DNA from: a virus
Taxonomy: Duplodnaviria; Caudoviricetes
IMG/VR virus record: IMGVR_UViG_3300009104_000020
Location: 791 to 64,790 of that record
Reading direction: 5' to 3' (one strand)
DNA length: 64,000 nucleotides
Under the pieces are notes generated by a model. The model was given only the letters and a program-made list of their open reading frames with translations, searched no databases and was not told where the DNA came from. This document shows positions 26,463-37,109 of this stretch, one piece after another; position 1 is the first letter of the stretch, and each line of letters begins with the position of its first letter. Made by a program: the position numbers and the translations under genes.

Positions 26463-26864
26463 GTGGGCGATACATGGACGGTTGGCGACAAGTTCTGGAA
26501 AAGAGTAGATGATTACCCGCCTGTTTTGTGCAGGCTAATGGCAAAGCATCGACCCGGCCCAGCCATGTCAACCAAAGAGATCTCCAAGCGGTCTGGTCTA
26601 TCGGAGTACGAGGTGCTTACCTTGTCGGAGATGACTTCGTGGAACGGTGTGTACCTCACGACATTTAGGAAGTTCACGACTGCTTGCGGGGTGGATTTTC
26701 TTGACCCTCCCAGTATGAAATATGTTAGGGACTACCTGCGCAAGCGGCCTGTTCGATTCAAATACCTCAAGACCACACGGGAATGGGATGGCTACTATGT
26801 CCCCTTGATAAAGAAATGGAGGCAGAGTTATGCAATTAAGCGAGGAATGCCAAAAGGAAATTGA
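26463..26864 (+). CDS. Putative HTH DNA-binding protein
   Basis: MSTKEISKRSGLS...V HTH-like segment. Confidence 0.5.
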   Translation: MGDTWTVGDKFWKRVDDYPPVLCRLMAKHRPGPAMSTKEISKRSGLSEYEVLTLSEMTSWNGVYLTTFRKFTTACGVDFLDPPSMKYVRDYLRKRPVRFKYLKTTREWDGYYVPLIKKWRQSYAIKRGMPKGN

Positions 26865-27099
26865 TCGAAGGTGTTCGGAAAGTAAGACTATTAAGATCAA
26901 CGAGAATGCATTGGTCGAGATAAATGGCAAGATCGAGAAGCTGTTGGCTAGTCTTATACAGAAGAAGATGGCGATTGAAGTGGCTCGTGAGAAAATAGTG
27001 AGGGCCGTGACAGATGAGGCCACAGCGGAAATGAGACGAGCCTTCATCAAGAAGGTAAGGTCGGATAAGGATATAGAATTATTTAACTATGAAAGCTAA
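26830..27099 (+). CDS. Hypothetical coiled-coil protein
   Basis: Operon context. Confidence 0.55.
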   Translation: MQLSEECQKEIDRRCSESKTIKINENALVEINGKIEKLLASLIQKKMAIEVAREKIVRAVTDEATAEMRRAFIKKVRSDKDIELFNYES

Positions 27100-27928
27100 T
27101 GACGCACTAAATGAAATGTTAAGCTGGATGGAGGCTATCGGTAAGGCTCCCAAGACAATCGAGAATACTTGGAGAGAGGTGGACTTGTTCCTTCATTTTT
27201 CCATGTTCTCGGCCATACGCACGGTGAATGTTGATGAAATAGATGAGTTTCATTTGAACAGCTACATCAATGATACGGAAAAGGAGACAACCGTTGGAAC
27301 GCGGCGGTATAAGCTGTCTGCTTTAAGGACTTTCCTCACATACTGCGTGAACAAGGGGTGGAGAAAGGATAACCCCGCTGCCTTGGTGAAGGTTAACATC
27401 AGGAAAGTTCCGCACAGGAGCAGGGAAGCCAAGAAGAAGGAGGCGTACACCTCGGAGGAAATCAAATATATCCTAGCAAATACTGACGGTTTCTGGAGGG
27501 CAGCAATACTTATAGCCTTGGAAACGGGGCTTCGGATTGGGGACATAGTTCAACTGGAGTGGGACTGTTTCACCCATGATTCTATTGTTGTCTGGACTGA
27601 CAAGAGGGACAAGAGGGTGGATCTGAAGATGAGCCTGCGGTTGCACAAAACCATAGCTAATCTGCCGTGTCTGCATGAGGACTACCTATTCCCGGAGCAG
27701 AGGCTTGACTACCTGTCCCCGGAGGAGGGAGGCAGGGGGAAGAGGACATGGTTTCCCGTTACCTTTAAGAGAATGATGAACGAGTTCGGGATAGACGGTA
27801 AGACATTCCATTCTTTAAGGGTTACTCACGCCAGTCTTCGCAGTAAAGATGGCGAGGATGTGGCAGAAATAGCCAAGGACTTGGCCCACTCAAGCTCGGA
27901 CACCACAAGGAAACATTACATTACTTGA
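27089..27928 (+). CDS. Tyrosine recombinase/integrase (Xer-like size)
   Basis: SAM-like N-domain, TGLRIGD, FHSLRVT, LAHSS..TT..HY catalytic residues. Confidence 0.92.
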   Translation: MKANDALNEMLSWMEAIGKAPKTIENTWREVDLFLHFSMFSAIRTVNVDEIDEFHLNSYINDTEKETTVGTRRYKLSALRTFLTYCVNKGWRKDNPAALVKVNIRKVPHRSREAKKKEAYTSEEIKYILANTDGFWRAAILIALETGLRIGDIVQLEWDCFTHDSIVVWTDKRDKRVDLKMSLRLHKTIANLPCLHEDYLFPEQRLDYLSPEEGGRGKRTWFPVTFKRMMNEFGIDGKTFHSLRVTHASLRSKDGEDVAEIAKDLAHSSSDTTRKHYIT

Positions 27929-28605
27929 GGAAAACAACCTACAGTAAGGGTGAGCGCAAGGCTATCCACTTGGCGTTGGAAGAAGCAAAGGGAGATGTCG
28001 AACAGGCATCCTTGCTGGTTAATATACCCAAGGCTAATATATATAAACTCATAAGGAATGACAAGGAATTTAACGCAAGGTGGAGCAAAGACCCTGTCGA
28101 GCCACTCACCAAGTCCGAGGTGGTTCACAGACCTGACCCTTCCGTTCGGTTTGCTGATAGACTGAAGGAGGAGGAAAGGGCGTTAACGCATGGTTTGGAG
28201 GCAGTAGGTATTGTTGGCAAGGCAAAGGAAGAGGCCATAGCTGCGGCAGCTTTCAGCAGTACCCACCTCCAGGCCATGCGTCAAATGACAGCGGGAGGAA
28301 TACTCAAGGACTTCACGCAACTGGGTGTTCTTATGGAGGATCTGAAGGGGGAGTTATCTGCCGGTCAAGAGGAAGAGCGAGAGAAAACCCTGTATGAAGC
28401 CCTGTTTAATGCCGTCAAGTACAGAAATGAAATCAACAGGGACATCCTACGGGGCGCACTCATTGACGCACAGATAAAAGCCAAGCAAGATGAGAAGGGC
28501 AGACCACAAGGTAAGCCGGGGTTCACTCCCATGAACAACATCATCGTACAAACAGATGCCACGAAAGTCGAAGTAAAGGATGCCAATAAGGGAACCACTA
28601 ACTGA
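27925..28605 (+). CDS. Probable terminase small subunit
   Basis: Fis-type HTH (AL....G.V.QA..L.I....IY); directly upstream of TerL. Confidence 0.55.
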   Translation: MRKTTYSKGERKAIHLALEEAKGDVEQASLLVNIPKANIYKLIRNDKEFNARWSKDPVEPLTKSEVVHRPDPSVRFADRLKEEERALTHGLEAVGIVGKAKEEAIAAAAFSSTHLQAMRQMTAGGILKDFTQLGVLMEDLKGELSAGQEEEREKTLYEALFNAVKYRNEINRDILRGALIDAQIKAKQDEKGRPQGKPGFTPMNNIIVQTDATKVEVKDANKGTTN

Positions 28606-30094
28606 TGAGGAGGTGGAGGCGTTGGCTGGCTTCGAGGCTGCACCAAGGCCAGAGCCAGAACAAACAGAATGGTATCCAGACCTCAACGAAACCCAGCAGA
28701 AAATCTTTAACGATAATGCTAGGTTCATCCTTGGGTACGGGGAGAAGGGGTCAGGAAAAACCATTGGCTTTGCGCATAAGTTAACCCGCCACCTCTACGA
28801 GGAGGAGAATGCGCTTGTGCTAATCATAGCTCCCAGTATACGCACAGGGGCAGAAGGTATCTGGCATGATCTTGACACCTTGGTTCTTCCGCAATGGGAG
28901 GAGGGGATTAACCTCGAATACACCGCATCCAAGCTAGACCCAAACACCAAGGACAGACATCGCTGGGTAATGAATAGGTTTGGTGGGTGGAGCAAGATGC
29001 TACTTGTGTCCATTCCTTACGCTGCTGCGGTGGAGACTAGGATCAAGGGGCCAGCACCCAGCCATGTCTATGTGGATGAGCTTACTCAATGTGACGGGGT
29101 GGAATACTTCCGTTACCCAGCGGCCCAGCTAGGGAGAAGGCGAGGTATCCGTGGGCCTCAACAGTTCTGTGCAAGCTGCAACCCGGAGGGGCCTAGTCAT
29201 TGGGTGTACAAGCAGTTCTTTGAGGACATCCTTGATGAAGACAGCGGGAAGATGGACAAGCGATTCAAGGTGTACCATGTCCCGATAACGGAGAATACAG
29301 TACGACTTCCAGAGGGGTATGTTGATAATCTTCGATCCATCCTGAAGGCTGACCCAGTAGAGTGGAGGAGGCTGATCGAGGGAGAGTGGGTAGACAGACC
29401 AAGCGGCGAGGCCCTGTTCAGAGACTATTACTCACCGGAACTGCACAAGAAGGGGGACGAGATTAAAGGCAGCGGGCTTATGCCAAAGGCAGGACACCCC
29501 GTCATTGTGGGCTATGACTTGGGGCAGGTGTACTCTGCTGTAACATTCCTCCAGATGATCCCGACCAAGAGGGGAAACCTATGGACAGTTTTCGATGAGG
29601 TAGATTATCTGGGTGAGCGACACCTTTACAAAAGGCTATGCCAGCAGATCATAAAGCGCATGAATTACTGGAACGAAAGGATAGGAACCGAGTTTCACTA
29701 TGAGCATATCACCGACTCAAGTGCCATCAACCAATGGCATCCCGGCGGAGAGGGGAGCTACGATAGCTGGGATTTTGAGCGTTACAGTAATGGCAGGATC
29801 AGGATGGTCGGATGCCCGAAGGGACAAGGTAGCGTGGAGGCTAGGGTTAGGTTACTGTCTAGCAAGTTGTTTCAAGATGAGTTCTATGTGAGCGCACAAT
29901 GCCCTAACACAACGGATATGCTGATGCGTCTGGAGGCAGACAAGAAAGACCCAACCAAGCCCAAGCGCAGCCGGTACATCCACAAATTTGACAGCGTGAC
30001 TTATCCAATATTTAAGCTAGAATTAAACGGGCAAGCCCATGCCCCCAGGGCGAGGGACATGAAGGCGAACCTAATCCATTGTGGAATTACTTGA
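28580..30094 (+). CDS. terL: Terminase large subunit
   Basis: LN.TQ, GEKGSGKT Walker A, YVDE Walker B, SCNP.GPSHW, GEW, VGYDLG RNase H domain, H.FD. Confidence 0.9.
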   Translation: MPIREPLTDEEVEALAGFEAAPRPEPEQTEWYPDLNETQQKIFNDNARFILGYGEKGSGKTIGFAHKLTRHLYEEENALVLIIAPSIRTGAEGIWHDLDTLVLPQWEEGINLEYTASKLDPNTKDRHRWVMNRFGGWSKMLLVSIPYAAAVETRIKGPAPSHVYVDELTQCDGVEYFRYPAAQLGRRRGIRGPQQFCASCNPEGPSHWVYKQFFEDILDEDSGKMDKRFKVYHVPITENTVRLPEGYVDNLRSILKADPVEWRRLIEGEWVDRPSGEALFRDYYSPELHKKGDEIKGSGLMPKAGHPVIVGYDLGQVYSAVTFLQMIPTKRGNLWTVFDEVDYLGERHLYKRLCQQIIKRMNYWNERIGTEFHYEHITDSSAINQWHPGGEGSYDSWDFERYSNGRIRMVGCPKGQGSVEARVRLLSSKLFQDEFYVSAQCPNTTDMLMRLEADKKDPTKPKRSRYIHKFDSVTYPIFKLELNGQAHAPRARDMKANLIHCGIT

Positions 30095-30119
30095 ATGTAA
30101 CACTAATTAGGGGTATTAA
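30091..30119 (+). promoter_or_regulatory. Promoter with GTAACACTAA in spacer
   Basis: TTGAAT-N17-TATTAA; ATG 8 nt later. Confidence 0.55.
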
Positions 30120-30127
30120 AAACCGAC

Positions 30128-30397
30128 ATGGCGAATCTGAATGATAAAGTTGTACTTGATTTGACCGACGACACCGAACTGGCTGGCTATGTGGCGAGCA
30201 AGGAACCCGGTGAGGAATGCACCATGACCGTCACCGCTACACTTGATGAGCAAACCGACGATCAGGCCGTGTTCTCCGTTAAGGAAGTCTCTGTCCACCA
30301 GCAGTATGGGGCAGAGGAAGGGGGAGACGAGCCGGTGCTGGCCGTAATGATCGGCGAAAGCAAGGGAGCTAACAAGGCAAAGGCCAATACATATTGA
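30128..30397 (+). CDS. Acidic hypothetical protein
   Basis: Follows promoter; no SD visible. Confidence 0.65.
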   Translation: MANLNDKVVLDLTDDTELAGYVASKEPGEECTMTVTATLDEQTDDQAVFSVKEVSVHQQYGAEEGGDEPVLAVMIGESKGANKAKANTY

Positions 30398-30642
30398 GTA
30401 GTCCAAGCGTATTTCTGCTGGAACAACTACATGAGAAGGTTGGAGTCAACGAGGGCTGGGACAGGCGTAGGGTTAAAAGATGCGCCCGGTTTCTCAATGT
30501 CACCTTGGATGAACTGGCAGCCAGAAGTTGCATCAAACCATGGAAATTAAGGCAATGGTTGAAGAAAGACAGGGTTCCACCGTATGTTGCCCTACTGTTA
30601 TACCTTCAGGAGAAGGCTGAAATAGAGGCCAGATATGATTGA
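30394..30642 (+). CDS. Small HTH-like protein
   Basis: VTLDELAARSCI....RQWL...RVP..VALLL. Confidence 0.5.
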   Translation: MSSPSVFLLEQLHEKVGVNEGWDRRRVKRCARFLNVTLDELAARSCIKPWKLRQWLKKDRVPPYVALLLYLQEKAEIEARYD

Positions 30643-32992
30643 TTTTGATATTCTAAAAGAACACGGGACAACGAACGAACGGTTGAGGGAAGTCCTATCC
30701 GCAAAGCTTCCGGGCAAAATCGCCCTTGATAAGATGTCGAAGGCCGACACCAAGGCATTAAAGAAGGACATCGAGAAGCGGGAAGGGTTTGAGAAACTAG
30801 TAGCCAGCAGGGTTACTGAAGCTATTACATTCTCCCTGCGGAACCATCATCTCTATAGTTCTGTCGACCTTGCGTGGGACAGTAGCCCCCTTAACAGTAG
30901 GGTAATCCCCTTGATAATGTATGCACAGAAGAGGATCAATGTGTCCTCCTGCATCAAGGAACTAGACAAGCTCAAGATTACTGACAAGTATGTGAAGAGG
31001 GGTGCAGCCGGTCAGCCGGACGAGATAGATCTGCCTAAATTCTTTGAGGTAAACATCAATCTGGTCAGGTCTTTCGTGACCCGCCGCCTCGCAGCGCAGG
31101 TTAACAAGTATAACAACCTGTACCCCTTCTTTAAGTACGACCCAAGAAGCACAAGCACAGCAGGTAAGTTGAGGGCTGATGCCTTATCGCAGCGGGTCGA
31201 GATCATGTCGGATCAGTATGACTACAGGCATTTTCAAACGCAGGTCATAAGGGATATGTTTCTCTATGGCCATAGCGTGGCATTTCCTAGAGCGGCTTGG
31301 GAAAGGGAGGTTCATTGGGAAAAGGCAAATCCAGAACTAGATGACAATAGGGCCAAAACAACGGTCACAAAGGAGGGGGTATGTTGGATCAACCCTCATC
31401 CTAGTAGAGTATTTTGGGATAACGCCTACCCTTTGACCTCTCTTAACTCCGACACCGGCGCGGAATATGTGGGGTTCTGGGATGTCGTCAGGTACAGGGA
31501 CATAATGAGTAACCCTCAATACTTCAACCGTGATGCAGTTGGGTTTACTACAGCTACGGTTGGCCTGTTCACCCAGTATGCCACCTACTTCAACAACTAC
31601 TACACGCAAATAGTTCCACCCCGAACAGAGGACGACCTTACCAGTTGGAACGACCGGAAGAACAATCTCGGCGTTTACTCTGGTGAAATGGGAGACACCT
31701 CTGTATTCGTGACGGATTACTTCTGCAAGATAGTGCCGAATCAATGGGGTATAGGGGACTACCCTCACCCTGTATGGGTTCACATGAGGATAGCTGGAGA
31801 TTCTACCATTATCTTTGCGGAGTTCCTGCCTAGCTCTCCTGCTGCTGTCTTTGCTTACAACGAGAATGATACTAGGTTGAGGAATATAAGTGTAGCTCAC
31901 GAGTTAATGAGCTTTCAGGATCAGTTAACCAACCTGTTTTCCCAGCTATTGGAGACAACCAAGGCTGACCTTTTCAATGTGGGGGTGCTGAACACGGACA
32001 TATTCCCAGACACAGAGGAGGGGATGAAATTAAGGGAGGAGTTCCGCAAGACTATGAGCGGAGAGAACTACTATGCCACGACCCATGTACTAGAAGCCTC
32101 GTTCCAAAAGCTTGCAAACCTGGGGATAGACACCAACCCGGACAATGTGTTCAAAATTATTCGCAGCCAGCCTAACTCGCAGATCACAAACATATTCAGA
32201 TCAATAGCGGAACTGATAGGCATATCCGAAAGGCTCATGGCATTGAGTCCACAAGAGCAGGGCCAGCCAGCCCCTAGAGAAACAAGTGCCACGGAAGTTT
32301 TGACTATCAATAACACTACCGAGTCTGTTTATACTTTTATTAGTGAGGCTATCGACGAAGGCAGGGCTGCCATGAAGCGGGTGATCTATGAATCCATCAT
32401 CAGCATGGGTAGCAACAGCATTAAGCTCCCGGTTAAAGAGCGATACACACAAGCCATCATTGAGCAAGCAGGGTTCGAGGTGGACATTGAGGATTCCGAT
32501 ACCACCACTAGCGATGTTGAGAAAAGGTACACCATCATAGGAAGCAAGAGAGCCTTGCAGCATGATTACATTTTCACCAGTCGAGACGGGTCGGAGCGGG
32601 CATCCAATATGCAACAAGCCCAAGCCTTGATTCAGGTGTTCCAGATTGTCAGCCAATCACCGCTTATCCTAGAAGCATTGGGTAAAGATAAATACTTTGA
32701 ACTGGTTAACGAGATCGCCCGTAAATCCGGGACAGACATTAAGCTTGAGGTTCCGGCAGGTGACGACAACAGGCTGGCTGGGCCTAATCAGGAAACTGAA
32801 CAGGTAATGCAGTCTATGGCCAATGTAATTGAGCAGAACGCAATGGAAATACAGGCTATCAAGGAGGCTCTAGGCGGCGAGGGTGGGCAGACACCCCAAA
32901 GCAGAACCATGCTAGAGAGACGCGCTGAAGAAGAGAGGGCGGCAGCAGAGGCTATGCAGGCTGAGATGCAACCACAACCAGCAGCAATATAA
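30635..32992 (+). CDS. Portal protein
   Basis: 785 aa after TerL; P.RVFWD, G.....TSATEV motif of P22-like portals; helical C-terminus. Confidence 0.8.
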   Translation: MIDFDILKEHGTTNERLREVLSAKLPGKIALDKMSKADTKALKKDIEKREGFEKLVASRVTEAITFSLRNHHLYSSVDLAWDSSPLNSRVIPLIMYAQKRINVSSCIKELDKLKITDKYVKRGAAGQPDEIDLPKFFEVNINLVRSFVTRRLAAQVNKYNNLYPFFKYDPRSTSTAGKLRADALSQRVEIMSDQYDYRHFQTQVIRDMFLYGHSVAFPRAAWEREVHWEKANPELDDNRAKTTVTKEGVCWINPHPSRVFWDNAYPLTSLNSDTGAEYVGFWDVVRYRDIMSNPQYFNRDAVGFTTATVGLFTQYATYFNNYYTQIVPPRTEDDLTSWNDRKNNLGVYSGEMGDTSVFVTDYFCKIVPNQWGIGDYPHPVWVHMRIAGDSTIIFAEFLPSSPAAVFAYNENDTRLRNISVAHELMSFQDQLTNLFSQLLETTKADLFNVGVLNTDIFPDTEEGMKLREEFRKTMSGENYYATTHVLEASFQKLANLGIDTNPDNVFKIIRSQPNSQITNIFRSIAELIGISERLMALSPQEQGQPAPRETSATEVLTINNTTESVYTFISEAIDEGRAAMKRVIYESIISMGSNSIKLPVKERYTQAIIEQAGFEVDIEDSDTTTSDVEKRYTIIGSKRALQHDYIFTSRDGSERASNMQQAQALIQVFQIVSQSPLILEALGKDKYFELVNEIARKSGTDIKLEVPAGDDNRLAGPNQETEQVMQSMANVIEQNAMEIQAIKEALGGEGGQTPQSRTMLERRAEEERAAAEAMQAEMQPQPAAI

Positions 32993-32995
32993 TTT

Positions 32996-34345
32996 ATGGC
33001 AGAGACAGCAGTATTAGAAGAGGAGCAGGCACAGGTTCAAGATCAAGAAGAAACAGTACAAGAAGAAGTACAGGAGGTACAGAAAGAGGAGTTCTTGGAT
33101 GTTCTTTATAACGATCTAGGCGCAGACATAGCACCCCCGCCCGCTGAAGAAGAGGAAGAGGAGAAGGAAGAGGAGAAGGCGGAACCAGAGCCGGAACCCG
33201 AACCAGAACCCGAACCAGAACCGGAGCCGGAACCCCAAGAGGAAAAGGCAGAAGAAAAGCCCAAGAAGCGGTTCAATATTAAAGAGCCTGACCTGTCAAA
33301 GGACGACATCAGGAGGGCGGTTCGAGAAGAGCTTAACCAACTTCCACCTTCGCTACCCACCCCGGCAGAGCCGGAACCCGAACCGGAGGATGACCTTGAG
33401 GGTTACATCCCGGAACAGCAGGAGGAGATTGAGCTTGCCAGATATGCGGAATCAGTTGATCCCAAGAAATACAAGGGGATGGCTGACAATCTTATCCAGT
33501 TTTACAATGATCTAGACTCGTACATAGACAACTCCGACGACCCTGACAGAACCTTTGATGAAGAGGACGAGGCGTTCATGCAATGGGTTGAAAACAACAA
33601 GCCGTCCATAAGCAGGGTGGATCAGCGAAAGCTGGAAAGGCAAATGATTAAAGATCAGGCTCTAACCGAGGCAAGGTCGGAGTTTGAAAGCAAGAACAAG
33701 GAGCTAGAAGAAAAGATCAGGCAGGTGTCCGACAGGCCTAAAGCGGAAAAGGAGTACAGCAGGTACGAAAGTTTACTGAGCGAAGACGCCCCCCAAGACG
33801 ACAGCTTTGCACAATCCCTACATGAAACCGAAATGACAGACGCTAGGAGAGTGGGCCAAGAATATCTGGATCTCTTTTATGGGCTAAAAACCTACAACGA
33901 AAACAACTCCCTGCATAAATGGATCGTTGACTTTGTTACGCAACAATCAGATGCATTCAGTAAGCACGGAGGCGAGCATCTTGTAAGGGTTGGTGAAGAC
34001 GGGGTTAAGAAATCGTTTGTGCCTCCATCTGAATACCCCAATACAGATAGCAACAAGCATTGGACTTTCACCTCGTCCGATGTCATGGATATTATGGGCA
34101 ATTACTTTCAGTCTAGGGTTAAAGAGAGCATTAAGGCTGAAGAAAAACGCCTAGAGAAGATGGGCTTCACACGGCAAGGCAATAAAAAGTCGTCGTCTAA
34201 AGCGAAAAAGGAAGAGTTAAAAGCAACCGAATCCCCAAGAGCAACAACCTCGCCAAGCCCCGGAGCCGCCAACTCTGACGGGGTTGAGGAACCGCCAGCC
34301 CCCGGCGCAGAAATCCTAGACAGGCTAGGCATAAACTTTGATTAG
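32996..34345 (+). CDS. Scaffolding protein
   Basis: Very acidic with PE repeats; between portal and capsid. Confidence 0.7.
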   Translation: MAETAVLEEEQAQVQDQEETVQEEVQEVQKEEFLDVLYNDLGADIAPPPAEEEEEEKEEEKAEPEPEPEPEPEPEPEPEPQEEKAEEKPKKRFNIKEPDLSKDDIRRAVREELNQLPPSLPTPAEPEPEPEDDLEGYIPEQQEEIELARYAESVDPKKYKGMADNLIQFYNDLDSYIDNSDDPDRTFDEEDEAFMQWVENNKPSISRVDQRKLERQMIKDQALTEARSEFESKNKELEEKIRQVSDRPKAEKEYSRYESLLSEDAPQDDSFAQSLHETEMTDARRVGQEYLDLFYGLKTYNENNSLHKWIVDFVTQQSDAFSKHGGEHLVRVGEDGVKKSFVPPSEYPNTDSNKHWTFTSSDVMDIMGNYFQSRVKESIKAEEKRLEKMGFTRQGNKKSSSKAKKEELKATESPRATTSPSPGAANSDGVEEPPAPGAEILDRLGINFD

Positions 34346-34471
34346 CTATCGCTACCCTTGGCGAAAAAAAACCACGCCGCAAATCTTTATTTATTTTACT
34401 GCATTAGGCCCGATTCATTGAGGTATTAAGCAGGTTAAGGTTATCCTTCGCTTTTTAGGAGGTAATATCTT

Positions 34472-36361
34472 ATGGCAAATACCACATTAGTATCAGCGGT
34501 TGGCAATTGCACCCCTCGGCACATTCTTGTCGATGACAGCAAGGGCTGTTCGCTTACTCGGGCCAACATAACGGCCTTTAAACGCAGCGACTTTGAGGCT
34601 CAAGCGGCCAAGGAAGTCGGGATGGACAGGATCATCGCACAGACCGCCGAGGCTCGCCTTGCTGGTATGCACGAGAAATCTCTGTATGACTTGTTATTGT
34701 CACGCCATGTGGCTCTGGGCGAGAAATCCGGTAGCGGTTCGCAGTCTGTAATTGCACCGTTCACTCTGGTTCCGCGCAGAAACACGCTGAACTTTAACTA
34801 CTTCCAGATTGAGGCGCAGTCTGTTGCTGTTTCAAGCGGAGCCTTCACGGCTTTCACTTCGGTTGCGGACATCAAACCTGGGGTCGCCCACACTACTTAT
34901 GGCTATATCCCAAACTCGGCCATCGTGTTTACGGTGAACGCCGGGACTGACGGCTCTCCTTCTGGTAATGCAAATGCCCTGACTAACACTAACTTCAACA
35001 AGAGTCAGGTTCAGAATATCGAGAAATACTTCAATCCGGGTGCATATGTTAATGTTATGACCAATGGTCACGCCGATAACCTTGGCGCAAACAACACCAT
35101 CGGAGACAAGGCTACGGTTTACCTTCAGTACAAGGTGTATGCCGCTGAGAATGCTGACGCAGGTGGCGTCTCAAAGGCTAGGGTTGTCATGGCTCCTAGT
35201 GAACACGCTGGATCTTCAGCAAGCGATTCTCTTTCCACCGGATGGAGTTCGGTAAGTGCTGGCGATAAGGCTGATGCAGGTTACAACCTAATTAAGGGAA
35301 CCGGCATGATTATGGGCAACTCGGTGAGCGACTACGAGAAGTGGTGTCACCAAGGGCCAGCAGTCAATGACCTTACCTTGATAGAATACTGGTCACAGAC
35401 TCAACGCCACACGACTCAGTTCAATGAGGAATATATCAAGGCTCTCCAAGCTCCGTTAACTTCCGAGTATTTCAAGAAGTTCCGGCAGTTGCCTCTAGCC
35501 CAACAGCGGAAGCAACAGGAAGCCTACCAGCAACACGCCTTTACGAACACGGTGTTCTACGGGCAGCGGATTAACGGCAACCAAACAGTAGAGGGTTACA
35601 CTAATCTGCCTACGGTTGTTGATCCTAATGCTGGTGCTACGGCTCCGTTTGGGTCTGATAGTTGTAGTTCTGCCCCGACGATTGAGTACAAGTCCAACAC
35701 GCTTGGTATTCGTACACAGTTGAACGAGTGTTCCCGCACTTGGGACAACGCTGGCGCGGCATTGAACTTGGATGTCTTGTTCGAGACTATCTATATGCTG
35801 AAGCGTGAACGCGAGAATTCTGGTGGCACGGTGGATACCATCGACGCCATGACGGATCGCTTCACCTCTGCCAAGATTCGAGACTTGATGACCAAATACT
35901 ACAAGTCCAAGTATTCTACTGACCTGACGCTGTTCATGCAGCCGAAGCAGCAGATTACCTTCGAGGGCAAGGTGGTCTTTGAGTACAACAAGTACGACCT
36001 GCCGGATCAAGGAGTTAGCTTGGCTGTCTTCACGGACACCTTCTTTGACGACAAGCTGGGGGCAACCCTATCTGCCAACGACGGAGCCGCTTCTACCAAG
36101 AATGTGGGTCGCCAGCTTTGGCTGATTGACTGGTCTGATATCGCTATCAATGTCCTCAAGACTGCGAGCGTGAAGCGTCAGACCAATACCGCTGATGATC
36201 TCTATAACTGCGTGATTCAGCCCAATGTCTCCCACTATCAGTTAAATAGTAAGACATTTGAGGTGCGTGTAGGAAACACCAACCGCCACGCTTTGGTTGA
36301 AAACTTCAGCGATGCCTCACCTAGCGTGAGTGTTTCTGGAGCCGATGTAACTATCACATAA
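34472..36361 (+). CDS. Major capsid protein
   Basis: Position after scaffold, AGGAGGT SD, followed by terminator; called by synteny. Confidence 0.75.
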   Translation: MANTTLVSAVGNCTPRHILVDDSKGCSLTRANITAFKRSDFEAQAAKEVGMDRIIAQTAEARLAGMHEKSLYDLLLSRHVALGEKSGSGSQSVIAPFTLVPRRNTLNFNYFQIEAQSVAVSSGAFTAFTSVADIKPGVAHTTYGYIPNSAIVFTVNAGTDGSPSGNANALTNTNFNKSQVQNIEKYFNPGAYVNVMTNGHADNLGANNTIGDKATVYLQYKVYAAENADAGGVSKARVVMAPSEHAGSSASDSLSTGWSSVSAGDKADAGYNLIKGTGMIMGNSVSDYEKWCHQGPAVNDLTLIEYWSQTQRHTTQFNEEYIKALQAPLTSEYFKKFRQLPLAQQRKQQEAYQQHAFTNTVFYGQRINGNQTVEGYTNLPTVVDPNAGATAPFGSDSCSSAPTIEYKSNTLGIRTQLNECSRTWDNAGAALNLDVLFETIYMLKRERENSGGTVDTIDAMTDRFTSAKIRDLMTKYYKSKYSTDLTLFMQPKQQITFEGKVVFEYNKYDLPDQGVSLAVFTDTFFDDKLGATLSANDGAASTKNVGRQLWLIDWSDIAINVLKTASVKRQTNTADDLYNCVIQPNVSHYQLNSKTFEVRVGNTNRHALVENFSDASPSVSVSGADVTIT

Positions 36362-36367
36362 TTCTAA

Positions 36368-36408
36368 CGGGGTGGGGGTCTTAACCGGCCCCTGCCCCTA
36401 GCTTTTTA
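36368..36408 (+). terminator. Intrinsic terminator
   Basis: GGGGTGGGGGTC...GGCCCCTGCCCC then CTTTTT. Confidence 0.75.
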
Positions 36409-36414
36409 TTAACA

Positions 36415-36966
36415 ATGAAGGTAGAAAAACTAATAGGAACAGCACCAAGTTCAACCTTTGCGGATCTTAAGAACAACGTAAGGAATGCTAACTTCACGCA
36501 CAAAATTACGTTCGATTACACAGATTACACAGGAGAATCCAGCGAACTATACGCCACTGTTATGGTTCCTGTTGCATACCAACCCGGAACAACCAACGAA
36601 AAAGGGTTGCTAAAGGGGTGGTTGGTTAGGGATGTGGTTTGCCATACGAAAGTTGCACCAGTATTACCCAACATAGATACGGCTGTATTTGACTTTGGGG
36701 TTAATACGGATACCGACAACTTCATTGACAACCAATCTGTAGCTACAGTCGGATCATGGGATGCTTATGCTGGCCAAGGTGATGGTGATGCTTACGGATT
36801 CATAGCTAATGCCCATCATACAATGGGAGGCAAACTAACCTGCACCGTTAGCTCTGGATCTAGTAAACTTAATGCCCTAACTGCCGGTCAGATTGAAGTT
36901 TACATGGAGATTGTAGACATGAATGAACTTACAACTGAGGGCGCATGGGCTACGGTTACGTTGTAA
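36415..36966 (+). CDS. Probable capsid decoration protein
   Basis: Beta-rich, LTAG.I.VY C-terminal motif; follows MCP. Confidence 0.5.
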   Translation: MKVEKLIGTAPSSTFADLKNNVRNANFTHKITFDYTDYTGESSELYATVMVPVAYQPGTTNEKGLLKGWLVRDVVCHTKVAPVLPNIDTAVFDFGVNTDTDNFIDNQSVATVGSWDAYAGQGDGDAYGFIANAHHTMGGKLTCTVSSGSSKLNALTAGQIEVYMEIVDMNELTTEGAWATVTL

Positions 36967-37037
36967 TGTACAAGAAGAAAAAAGGCAGACGTAAAGGGAA
37001 GTAATTTTTGCTCCATACCTGTTCTGTCTCTGCTACG

Positions 37038-37072
37038 AGGGGTCGGGGTGTCAAGCCCTGGCCCCTTTTTTC
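37038..37072 (+). terminator. Intrinsic terminator
   Basis: GGGGTCGGGG...CCCTGGCCCC followed by TTTTTT. Confidence 0.75.
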
Positions 37073-37073
37073 T

Positions 37074-37102
37074 TTGACAAAATGTAACACTAAAATTAGT
37101 TT
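37074..37102 (+). promoter_or_regulatory. Promoter with GTAACACTAA in spacer
   Basis: TTGACA-N17-TAGTTT; ATG 7 nt later. Confidence 0.6.
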
Positions 37103-37109
37103 CAGCTTC

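Noticed and set aside
33180-33236. GAACC(A/C/G) hexamer repeat
   Set aside because: Explained by the coding PE linker in the scaffold protein
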